Below are positions 35,717 through 44,144 of a DNA stretch of 64,000 nt, piece after piece. The stretch is taken from the sequence record PV660448; one strand, given 5' to 3'. The notes under the pieces are model-generated. The model ran no database searches. It had not been told where the DNA came from and saw only the letters and a program-made list of their open reading frames with translations. Made by a program: the position numbers and the translations under genes. The number at the start of each line of letters is the position of its first letter. Position 1 is the first letter of the stretch. Origin of the DNA: Escherichia phage LF82-4.

Positions 35717-37038
35717 AGCGCCTCCAAGTCTTTAGTGTACTCAGTAACAACATCAGTGGACTTCCAATACTCATTTTCTTCTTTCTTAGCTTTAGCTTCT
35801 TCTGCTAGTTTACGTGCTTCATCGGAAGTGATATGGAAGATGTTAAGACCTACCAATTTATCGATATGTTCTTTATACATTTCGATTTGTGCTAGCTCTT
35901 CAGTCAAAGCTTTACGAGTCTTGCCTTGAATCACAATTTCGCCACTGATAACTTTTTTGATGAAGTGTGCCTTAGCAAAAGCCAGTTTAAATGCTTTTTC
36001 AGATTCAATGATTTTGTTATCAATACGTTTCTGAACGTAAGTCTTACGGACTTCAACAAAATCTTTGATTAAGTCCACTACGTTATCGTAGACCGTTAAT
36101 TTACCCTTTTCATTAATCACTGTGATGTTTTGTGAACGACGTTCGATGAGACTAAAATCTTTCATGATTTTTTCATGACGTAGCTCTTCATCATCAGGAA
36201 GCGAGTACTCTTTACGGAACTTCACCTTAAACCCAAAACCGTGTTCACCACAATCATCTTCCCATGAGATTAGACCTTTGTCTTCCAACGGGTCAAGAAC
36301 CTTACTCACATACGTTTCACGGTCGAATTTATATGGGATTTCAGTTATCTGCATTTGAGTGCGAGATGTGAACTTATATGTTCCGTGAATCTCATAACGC
36401 CCATCAACTTCATGCACTTCACCGCGGAATTCCGGGAATTCAACTTTTGGTTTAGTGACATTTTTACCTTGAAGAGCTTGTAATACAGCCTTTTTGACCG
36501 ATTTAAAACTATGAGGCAGAATATTTGTTGCGTAACCGGTTGCAATACCAGAGACACCGTTCAAAAGAACTGTCGGAATAATAGGAAGATAGAATTTTGG
36601 TGGAACGTGTTCTTTATCTTCATGAGCTGGAGCATATTCGGTATCTTTATAGACATTATAGAAATTTTTGCTTACACGAGCAAAAATATAACGAGATGCT
36701 GCAGCTTTTTGGACTGTTCGAGAACCAAAGTTGCCTTGACCATCTAATAGTGGATAGTTGTTATTCCATGTGTTAGCCATCAATGCACCTGCATCTTGTG
36801 CAGAAGATTCACCATGGTGATAACCTAAATCTGCAACACCGCCTGCAATTGACGCAAGTTTATGAAATTTTTCTTTATTACCACGAGCCAAATCTAATGC
36901 ACGATGAACCACAAAACGTTGAACCGGCTTAAATCCATCAATCATGTTTGGGATTGCACGGTTTTCAACGGTGTACATCGCATATGCTAAGGCTTCGTTA
37001 TCAATAATACTTTTTAGATTACGAGAATTCAATTGCAT
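35713..37038 (-). CDS. 52: DNA topoisomerase II medium subunit (GyrA-like)
   Basis: 441 aa; recalled similarity to T4 gp52. Confidence 0.9.
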   Translation of the reverse strand: MQLNSRNLKSIIDNEALAYAMYTVENRAIPNMIDGFKPVQRFVVHRALDLARGNKEKFHKLASIAGGVADLGYHHGESSAQDAGALMANTWNNNYPLLDGQGNFGSRTVQKAAASRYIFARVSKNFYNVYKDTEYAPAHEDKEHVPPKFYLPIIPTVLLNGVSGIATGYATNILPHSFKSVKKAVLQALQGKNVTKPKVEFPEFRGEVHEVDGRYEIHGTYKFTSRTQMQITEIPYKFDRETYVSKVLDPLEDKGLISWEDDCGEHGFGFKVKFRKEYSLPDDEELRHEKIMKDFSLIERRSQNITVINEKGKLTVYDNVVDLIKDFVEVRKTYVQKRIDNKIIESEKAFKLAFAKAHFIKKVISGEIVIQGKTRKALTEELAQIEMYKEHIDKLVGLNIFHITSDEARKLAEEAKAKKEENEYWKSTDVVTEYTKDLEAL

Positions 37039-37042
37039 ATTT

Positions 37043-37183
37043 TCACCATATTAATGAACGAATATCCATTATAACATCTGAAATGAAAAGCACTACTTGG
37101 ATTAGTCCAAACATCACACCATAGTACAGAACCGTAAGCAACAACAAGAGCCCGAAGGCTCCTGCTAAGATTTTCTTAATCAT
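37043..37183 (-). CDS. small hydrophobic membrane protein (46 aa)
   Basis: manual translation MIKKILAGAFGLLLLLTVLYYGVMFGLIQVVLFISDVIMDIRSLIW; TAATG coupling to upstream ORF. Confidence 0.35.
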   Translation of the reverse strand: MIKKILAGAFGLLLLLTVLYYGVMFGLIQVVLFISDVIMDIRSLIW

Positions 37184-37329
37184 TACTCGCCTTTTAACAC
37201 GTTAAAAAGAGCTAAGACCGCTAAGGTGCCTTGTGATACGGCCTGTTGAAATACTGTTGTTTCGCCTGTAACTAAAGTGTTAACGAATAAAAACGACCAA
37301 CACAACAATGCAATAATCCATGATACCAT
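37183..37329 (-). CDS. small hydrophobic membrane protein (48 aa; T4 ac-like position)
   Basis: manual translation MVSWIIALLCWSFLFVNTLVTGETTVFQQ...; GAGGT RBS. Confidence 0.4.
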   Translation of the reverse strand: MVSWIIALLCWSFLFVNTLVTGETTVFQQAVSQGTLAVLALFNVLKGE

Positions 37330-37340
37330 TTTAATTACCT

Positions 37341-37374
37341 CAAAAATAAATTAAAGGCCTAACTTAATAGGCCT
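37341..37374 (-). terminator. stem-loop AGGCCT(A)...(T)AGGCCT after ndd with T-rich tail
   Basis: inverted repeat immediately downstream of ndd stop. Confidence 0.4.
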
Positions 37375-37381
37375 GTATAAA

Positions 37382-37828
37382 TTAGTAACTCTGCAGAATG
37401 AATTTGAAATTATCGGCCAGAAGACGGTTCATTTCAGTGAGTGTTTGATATTCTGACGTATGGTTGCGAGTGAATGCCAGAGCCAATTGACCTTTACCAT
37501 AACCAGTAGTCAGGGGTTTCATGTTCTTGGCTGAAACAAAGATTACGTCATATTCAATATTATTAGTGCCCATGGTACGGGCGAGTTGTGAACGGCCTTG
37601 ACGAATGTGAGAAAGAATTGCATCCAACCCTTGTTTAGAACGTTGACGTCCTACAAAGAATCGTGCTGCTACTTGTCGCCAGTCAGATGAACCTTTAACA
37701 AAGAAGTAAAAACCTTCACGAGAACGAAACTCTTTAGAAACTTCAGAACCGTATTCGCCATTACGAACTACTGCAACAACTTCACCGCCAACTGCCAGAA
37801 GGTCTTTACGAGTTAAATATTTGGACAT
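37382..37828 (-). CDS. ndd: nucleoid disruption protein Ndd
   Basis: 148 aa; recalled similarity to T4 Ndd. Confidence 0.85.
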   Translation of the reverse strand: MSKYLTRKDLLAVGGEVVAVVRNGEYGSEVSKEFRSREGFYFFVKGSSDWRQVAARFFVGRQRSKQGLDAILSHIRQGRSQLARTMGTNNIEYDVIFVSAKNMKPLTTGYGKGQLALAFTRNHTSEYQTLTEMNRLLADNFKFILQSY

Positions 37829-37872
37829 GCTAATTTCCTCAATTGATTAATGTTTTTGTAATCCATGAGAGC

Positions 37873-37900
37873 ATTATACTCTGCTCTCAAGAGTTTGTAC
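37873..37900 (-). promoter_or_regulatory. T4-type early promoter embedded in inverted repeat GAGAGCA/TGCTCTC
   Basis: minus-strand GTACAA-N-TATAAT upstream of ndd. Confidence 0.45.
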
Positions 37901-37904
37901 AATT

Positions 37905-38105
37905 TTATTCGGCTATATCAGAACGTTCAAAAAGCTCTTCAACAGTTAAACATTCAGTGTCATCTTCAATAAAGAATCGAGTCCAACACGTTGGGGCGAT
38001 GCAGTTATGAGTTTGTCCGGCTATAGAAGCTACACGAATAAGCTGCTGTCCGTTATTCAGAACAAATTTTTCACCAATTTCAACATCTTTAAAAAGCTTA
38101 GCCAT
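37905..38105 (-). CDS. hypothetical protein (66 aa)
   Basis: ORF track. Confidence 0.4.
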   Translation of the reverse strand: MAKLFKDVEIGEKFVLNNGQQLIRVASIAGQTHNCIAPTCWTRFFIEDDTECLTVEELFERSDIAE

Positions 38106-38133
38106 TTTGTGTTCCTCATGTTTCAGTAGGACT

Positions 38134-38163
38134 ACTATACCATAATCCTACTGTGTTGTAAAC
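38134..38163 (-). promoter_or_regulatory. T4-type early promoter
   Basis: minus-strand GTTTAC-N18-TATAGT. Confidence 0.5.
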
Positions 38164-38355
38164 AATTAAATTACATTAAAATATGTTAAAGCCAACCATG
38201 TTCCAGTGAACGAACATGCAATGTAAAAACCCGTATCACAAATTGTTCTTAGTACAATAAGAAGTGCATTTTTCATAAGTACCTCAACACAATTGAAAAT
38301 ATTATACAAATCATTGGGATACTAAGCAACCATATTCCGATCCACATTTTAGAGC

Positions 38356-38619
38356 TCATATCTCAACTTCCGCGAGTTCCATATATCCTTTGTTGATAAC
38401 CTCTTTAAGGTCTTTAGAAAGAATAACACCAAAATGGTCGTTCATATGCCCGTTAACTAAACGAGTTATTTCAGCTTCAGATGACATATAAGGCACGTCT
38501 GAGTCCCAATGAGATAGACTTAAATGAGTATAAATCATCCCTTCGTCATCTGCGGTGTTGTACATTGAAACAAATTCGCCTGTTACTTTATGTTTTGCGT
38601 AGAAAAATTTAAATTTCAT
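38356..38619 (-). CDS. hypothetical protein (87 aa)
   Basis: ORF track. Confidence 0.4.
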   Translation of the reverse strand: MKFKFFYAKHKVTGEFVSMYNTADDEGMIYTHLSLSHWDSDVPYMSSEAEITRLVNGHMNDHFGVILSKDLKEVINKGYMELAEVEI

Positions 38620-38645
38620 GATGTTATCCTCTTTTAGATAGGACT

Positions 38646-38675
38646 ACTATATCATAGTCCTACTTAGTTGTAAAC
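38646..38675 (-). promoter_or_regulatory. T4-type early promoter
   Basis: minus-strand GTTTAC-N18-TATAGT. Confidence 0.5.
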
Positions 38676-38687
38676 ACTTTTGTGAAA

Positions 38688-39245
38688 TTAAAGATGAAGA
38701 TACCAGCCGTTGTAGTTGCTCTTGCGGACGATTTTCTTTAGGTCTTCATGGTCTCCCACGAACTTTATAGAATAAGAGAAGACGTCAGGTGAGGTTTCTT
38801 TGACATCTAATATAATAATGCAATCTGCGACTCGATGGTTCAAGAATGGCCCTATATTGATTCCATTACCACCCGGATAATCACCACTGTATCCTGTGGT
38901 AACCGAAATCCATTTCGAATCCATCTGATGGGTCTTTACTTCTACGCGTAGACCACAGTACTTAGGATGAGCTAAAACGTCCCATGCATACGTGTACGGG
39001 TCTTCTACGTCTTCATTACCTTTATTAACATATCCGTCTAGCCAATTTGCTACTACATACTCTGCAAAGACTGCAACCTTACAACGTCGAACAACGTCTT
39101 CTTTTATTTGACCTGGATCTTGTTTCAACGAGTACCGAGCAGTATCAGCGATCTTAACCTTCATTTCGCTAGTCAAAAACTCATTCGACAGGATAAATGT
39201 CGGAAGATTCTTCAGCCTCAACAGTCCCAAGTTCGTCTTTACCAT
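38688..39245 (-). CDS. denB: endonuclease IV-like (start uncertain: 39245 or 39308)
   Basis: 185 aa from internal Met matches T4 DenB length; position between ndd and rIIB. Confidence 0.55.
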   Translation of the reverse strand: MVKTNLGLLRLKNLPTFILSNEFLTSEMKVKIADTARYSLKQDPGQIKEDVVRRCKVAVFAEYVVANWLDGYVNKGNEDVEDPYTYAWDVLAHPKYCGLRVEVKTHQMDSKWISVTTGYSGDYPGGNGINIGPFLNHRVADCIIILDVKETSPDVFSYSIKFVGDHEDLKKIVRKSNYNGWYLHL

Positions 39246-39468
39246 AGATACCTCTGATGTGTAGTTCGCCAAAATAAATGCGGTCTCCTTCTTCAAGATA
39301 TTCTGCATCTACAGGCGGGATTTCAATAACAACTTCGTCGCATTCTAACCAGCCGTAGTGTGCATCACCAGGATGTTTTACCAATTTAGCACAATAAACT
39401 GATTTACACTTATGATGACCACGAAGATTAGCAATTTTGGATTCTGATACGTCAAATGGATGAATCAT
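39181..39468 (-). CDS. hypothetical protein (95 aa), overlaps denB 5-prime region
   Basis: ORF track. Confidence 0.35.
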   Translation of the reverse strand: MIHPFDVSESKIANLRGHHKCKSVYCAKLVKHPGDAHYGWLECDEVVIEIPPVDAEYLEEGDRIYFGELHIRGIYGKDELGTVEAEESSDIYPVE

Positions 39469-39481
39469 AATTACCCCTAAA

Positions 39482-39504
39482 GAAAAAAGGGGACCGAAGT
39501 CCCC
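39482..39504 (-). terminator. rho-independent terminator after rIIB (GGGGAC-CGAA-GTCCCC plus TTTTTT)
   Basis: hairpin plus 6-T run on minus strand. Confidence 0.6.
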
Positions 39505-39509
39505 AATTA

Positions 39510-40457
39510 TTATTCTGCAAATAATTCAGTAACGTCTGAAATTACTTCATAACGACAAGTACGCATCTTAGCATCACCGTAGTCAACCGGGATGGATACA
39601 ACATCACGTGGATGAACTTTAACCTTAACAACTTTATCTGAGCTTGAACCAAAGTGGCGAATATAAGATTTAGCACAAACATGGAGACCGCGAGAACAGG
39701 TTTGAGTATCATCGTCGTTAACTCGAGTACGAGGCATTGAAACAACTTTACCTGGGGAGTTATCAAATGTACCACTATAGCAGTCTAAATAGTCCTTACG
39801 AACTACTTTCCATGCATAGAAATACCCATCTTCAGTGATTTCAATATCGTTTGCAACCAAGAAGTCGAATAAACGTTGTACAGCTTTTTCGCTTGGGTTT
39901 TCTAACAGGTTTTCAAGGAACGGCAGATAGAATTTAAAGTCTTCGCCTTTTTCCATAGAATCAATAATACGATTAACCAGGCCAGAACGAATCTCTATAC
40001 CTTGATAAAATAAACTACCACCTTCAATAACAACATTACCATCAACAAACTTACTAATAGCTTTCTTGATGTTAATAAGTTCGACAGCTTTACTAAGGTT
40101 TCCTGCGACCAGATTAGCTTTAATTTCTTCAAAATTTGCATGACTTGATGGGGTCGCATTGTATGCTACGCGTCCTTCAATAATTGAAATAAATTTAGAT
40201 GACGCGTTCCATACGATTTCAGGACGATGTCCGCCGATAATAGGTTCATCATTTTCTGGAACTTCTTCGATTACATAAGAGGCATCGTTTGATTCAGGGA
40301 CAACGCCTTCTGCTTTAAAATTCTTAACAATCTTACGAAGAGTATCTGTTGAAATGTCGAAGTAATCGGCAATTTCTTTACGAGTCCATTTGCCTGATTC
40401 AACCAGGCCGTAAGCTTCTAACTGTTCTTCTTGGGACAAGCATTTGATATTGTACAT
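39510..40457 (-). CDS. rIIB: rIIB
   Basis: 315 aa; recalled similarity to T4 rIIB. Confidence 0.9.
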   Translation of the reverse strand: MYNIKCLSQEEQLEAYGLVESGKWTRKEIADYFDISTDTLRKIVKNFKAEGVVPESNDASYVIEEVPENDEPIIGGHRPEIVWNASSKFISIIEGRVAYNATPSSHANFEEIKANLVAGNLSKAVELINIKKAISKFVDGNVVIEGGSLFYQGIEIRSGLVNRIIDSMEKGEDFKFYLPFLENLLENPSEKAVQRLFDFLVANDIEITEDGYFYAWKVVRKDYLDCYSGTFDNSPGKVVSMPRTRVNDDDTQTCSRGLHVCAKSYIRHFGSSSDKVVKVKVHPRDVVSIPVDYGDAKMRTCRYEVISDVTELFAE

Positions 40458-40466
40458 AATGTTTCC

Positions 40467-42680
40467 TTATTTGGCCGCTTCCACGGCCTTCATGAATTTA
40501 ACGATTTGAGCGACCTGTTCTTTTGAAAGAGTACCACGTCGTCCCATGTATTCTGACACAATATGATAATTGGTTTCGAATTCAATAACCATTTTATCAT
40601 CATTATCGTAAGCATTATCTTTAAGCTTATCGAAAATTTTAGCACACAATTCTAACTTCTTATTCAGGTCTGTATTAGTAGCACCTGCGAATCGATTCCA
40701 TCCCCAGCGATTATTTACTGTGGAGAGTTTTGCAAAGTCTTTACTGATTTCTTTGTTCTTAGAGCTAAAATACTTACTAAGGAAGTTAAGCTCTTCATTA
40801 CGAGTAATATGGTTTAGATAGGGCTGTGCTCTACGACTTGGTGATACATACTCATCATAATCCACTTTATCGATTAGCGTAATATAGTCATTAATTGATT
40901 TTTCGAACAAGCATTCTACTTCGCCAAGTTTACGAACTTTCTTAGCAATCTGTGGACGAACTACAGTGAACTCTTTAATATCTGACAAATCAGCAATACG
41001 AGTCAAGAAATTGGAGTCATAGTTCAACCAACCTTTATCTGCATCAAGACATTCAGCATTAGAACGATTACGAACTATAGCATAACCTTGGATTTCATCT
41101 GCTTCACTTGCCGGAATAAAGAGGTCTTCTGATACCCAAACATCGTTTTCATTCTTAAAGAATCGATGAGCACTTGGCGATTTAGGACGAGGCTCATTAG
41201 TTCGTTTCCTGACTTCAATCCATGGCTTAACGATTTGTAAAAGCTCTGAAGTCTTGTACATGTTAATGTTGTCGCCATCAAAGATAACTTTAAGGCGTTC
41301 CAGAAGTTTCATTGCATCTTCGTCTGTAGGGTCAACGAATAGTACGCTTTTACCAAAACCGCGTGGAACTTTACCAGTTAATTTAACCTCGTCTTTAGAC
41401 ATTTCAATTGAATTAAGAGCTCGCATTAATGGAACGCGTCCCTTAACGTCGTCAATAACAATTTCAACGTTTTTAATGTTAATGCCAATCAGGCTGTTAA
41501 TTGAAATGGTTGATGATGAGCTACCACTTTCACGAATACGACGAAGACGAGGGGATTCAACGATATCGTATACAACGCCAAGATTACACCACTCAGGCCC
41601 CATTTTAAAACGTTTGTACAGCTCAGAATAAGTTAGTTGTTCTTTGGAGTATTTCAGTGATTCAATATTAGACCCGGCCTTTTCCATGTATTTACGAGCG
41701 GTATAGCCAAGAGAATCGATTTCACGGAACACATGACGCGGGTATTTACAATCAATCCATTTCTTAGAATCTTCAGCGAACAATTTAGCATCGATTTCTG
41801 CAACGCGTTTATGGATATTTGCTACTGTACGTTTATCAAATGACAATGCTTCACGAGACGGAGCTACGTCTAGTTCACCCATAGGGAATTTAATATAAGC
41901 TGTAGTGCATCGAGTCATCATCCATGTTTGTTCTTTAATAACACTTCCGATTGGATATACAATACCGCCATAAACAGCCATGATATTACCGCGTTCACCC
42001 CATGGAGCTTCCTTGGCCAAATATACATCGTCAAATTCAGGGAAGTATTTAATATCTTTAACACCACGAACTTCTGCAATATCACCTAGAGGACGCATAA
42101 CATATGCAATTTCGGATGCGAACTTTTCAAAATCTTCCGGGTTAACCGGTACAACTACTTCTACACCAGTACGGTCATCAGGACCCATCTTATCTACAAA
42201 GGTCGGCTTAATTTGTGGACCCGTGTCATCTTGGTAGATTACGTAACCACGAACTTCGCCGTTGTGATAAGACGTAAGGTTAAACGTATCGGTATATGCT
42301 AGCGGAGCTTTAGAGCCGAGTCCGAATCCACCGATGAAATCGTTACTCGATGTTTTAGTTGAAGCAAAATATGAGTTATAGATTCCTGGCTCTTCGTCAT
42401 TACCTCTAATGGTGAAATCGCTCATACCAGGACCAAAGTCTCGAACTACAAAACGTGGGTCTAAACGACCTGGAGCCTGAACAATAAACTTATCAGTGCA
42501 ACCGTTAAGAATTTGTCCATCGATACAGTTTGTAATTAATTCACGTACACAAGCCAATTCTTTGTTTGTATAAAGGTCATTAGACAAAATCTTATAAACT
42601 TTGCTATTGCCTTGAATAGTGAATGCTGTGCTCTTACCACCAGAACCAATAATCGTTTCTTTAGCCGTTTCAATAATCAT
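40467..42680 (-). CDS. rIIA: rIIA
   Basis: 737 aa; N-terminal GHKL-type ATPase-like region; recalled similarity to T4 rIIA. Confidence 0.9.
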   Translation of the reverse strand: MIIETAKETIIGSGGKSTAFTIQGNSKVYKILSNDLYTNKELACVRELITNCIDGQILNGCTDKFIVQAPGRLDPRFVVRDFGPGMSDFTIRGNDEEPGIYNSYFASTKTSSNDFIGGFGLGSKAPLAYTDTFNLTSYHNGEVRGYVIYQDDTGPQIKPTFVDKMGPDDRTGVEVVVPVNPEDFEKFASEIAYVMRPLGDIAEVRGVKDIKYFPEFDDVYLAKEAPWGERGNIMAVYGGIVYPIGSVIKEQTWMMTRCTTAYIKFPMGELDVAPSREALSFDKRTVANIHKRVAEIDAKLFAEDSKKWIDCKYPRHVFREIDSLGYTARKYMEKAGSNIESLKYSKEQLTYSELYKRFKMGPEWCNLGVVYDIVESPRLRRIRESGSSSSTISINSLIGINIKNVEIVIDDVKGRVPLMRALNSIEMSKDEVKLTGKVPRGFGKSVLFVDPTDEDAMKLLERLKVIFDGDNINMYKTSELLQIVKPWIEVRKRTNEPRPKSPSAHRFFKNENDVWVSEDLFIPASEADEIQGYAIVRNRSNAECLDADKGWLNYDSNFLTRIADLSDIKEFTVVRPQIAKKVRKLGEVECLFEKSINDYITLIDKVDYDEYVSPSRRAQPYLNHITRNEELNFLSKYFSSKNKEISKDFAKLSTVNNRWGWNRFAGATNTDLNKKLELCAKIFDKLKDNAYDNDDKMVIEFETNYHIVSEYMGRRGTLSKEQVAQIVKFMKAVEAAK

Positions 42681-42692
42681 ATTTTTCTCTCA

Positions 42693-42893
42693 TCACAAGT
42701 TACGTTTAAAAATTTCTGCTACTTCAAGAAGTTCTTCTTTAGTAGCTGTATCGGTTTGTATTTTATATCGAATTTCTTTAAAGCGTTCTTTAAAGGACTC
42801 TGCTGACTCGATATCAAAAAATCTTTGGATAAGCCGGAATTCCCGGAGCACTGCTTTATCAAAAAGTTCCAAGTCCACGTTATATGTTCTCAT
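42693..42893 (-). CDS. hypothetical protein (66 aa), rIIA.1 position
   Basis: ORF track; synteny. Confidence 0.45.
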   Translation of the reverse strand: MRTYNVDLELFDKAVLREFRLIQRFFDIESAESFKERFKEIRYKIQTDTATKEELLEVAEIFKRNL

Positions 42894-42985
42894 AATATTC
42901 TCTTCAGTAGATTCCTAGGGCACTATTACTAAAGACCATATAATCTATCATCTTATGTGTAATAGTGCCTCAGGCGATTCAGGAT

Positions 42986-44086
42986 TTACGCTGTGAAGAT
43001 TTTATCCCACATCGCAACAACCGCATCTCGGTTATACTTCTTCCATACTGCTTCAGCACGTTTAACTCGAGCTTCGTATGTGTCAGTGAATTCTAATACA
43101 GCTTTTGTGTAAAGCGCAACTACTTCTTTCTTAGGAGTAGAGGAATCAATTTCTACACGCACAGTATCTGGGTCATATTCGAATGTCGCGTGCGGATAAT
43201 CCTTAAAAACTAACTGAATTACAGGGACACCTTTAGAGATGGCTTCAATAGAACTATTCTCTACCGTACCCGTGTCAGGACACGTATTGATAAGTGCTTT
43301 AGCTGTTTTAAGACGTTCCATGATTTCACTGTGTGGAGCATCAATAATAACAGGATACTTAGCCGGTGGTGCCCATTTACTAGGACAATAACCAATACCA
43401 TTTTCGCCTAGTGCTTTAATCGCTTCAAGAGCAACATCAGTACGACGCATTTTAGTGTCATAACGTTGTGCACTAATAATCAGATCAGTCGCCGGAAGAA
43501 CTTCAGGTTTCTCATTCAAACAAATAACCGGATAATCTTCAGCTTCAAACAACGGATTTGCTCGCCAATAATCATAATCAATTTTGTCAGTCAGACCTGA
43601 AGTCATATAACAATATTTGCGTTCAAATTCACGGAAGGCTTTAGTAGGAGCATAACTCTTACCACCGTTCTTATGAATTTGAATAGTCTGGTCCCAAATT
43701 TGAACAATGCCACGAGATACAGGTTCAAATGGTGTTGCCATAAAATTCTTATGAACTTTAGAAAGACCTGCGTCTTTAATTGCCTGAACGGTTAGTTTGG
43801 TCGGTTCCATTGTAACAACGAAATCGTACTCATTAATGCCGGCTAGTTCAACAATCTTACGAGCCATAGTATAACTCATACCTAGACTGAATTTAGTCAG
43901 ATGACCAACAGGATGATGATTAACCTTCCAATCACCAAATGTGTCATTATCAAAGCCGATATAATCAATATCAGCACCGATGGACACAAGATATTTCAAC
44001 ACATTTAAATGTACTGCTTCAAGACCACCTTGTACACGTTCTGGGTTAAATGGGACTGCGCGAGATGGGATAAACATAACTTTCAT
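42986..44086 (-). CDS. putative GT-B fold glycosyltransferase (candidate DNA hydroxymethylcytosine sugar transferase)
   Basis: 366 aa; C-terminal segment TGTVENSSIEAISKGVPVIQL resembles the GT-B donor-binding motif (E-x7-E / EAM..G.PVI); N-terminal Rossmann-like MKVMFIP. Confidence 0.45.
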   Translation of the reverse strand: MKVMFIPSRAVPFNPERVQGGLEAVHLNVLKYLVSIGADIDYIGFDNDTFGDWKVNHHPVGHLTKFSLGMSYTMARKIVELAGINEYDFVVTMEPTKLTVQAIKDAGLSKVHKNFMATPFEPVSRGIVQIWDQTIQIHKNGGKSYAPTKAFREFERKYCYMTSGLTDKIDYDYWRANPLFEAEDYPVICLNEKPEVLPATDLIISAQRYDTKMRRTDVALEAIKALGENGIGYCPSKWAPPAKYPVIIDAPHSEIMERLKTAKALINTCPDTGTVENSSIEAISKGVPVIQLVFKDYPHATFEYDPDTVRVEIDSSTPKKEVVALYTKAVLEFTDTYEARVKRAEAVWKKYNRDAVVAMWDKIFTA

Positions 44087-44100
44087 AATTAAGCCTTATT

Positions 44101-44130
44101 AAAATTAAAATGAAGCTCCCGAAGGAGCTT
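44101..44130 (-). terminator. rho-independent terminator after gene 39 (AGCTCC-CGAA-GGAGCT plus T-run)
   Basis: hairpin plus TTTTAATTTT on minus strand. Confidence 0.55.
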
Positions 44131-44144
44131 AGGACATCTATCAA

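Noticed and set aside
41254-42237. Plus-strand ORFs of 125 and 85 codons
   Set aside because: Antisense within rIIA.
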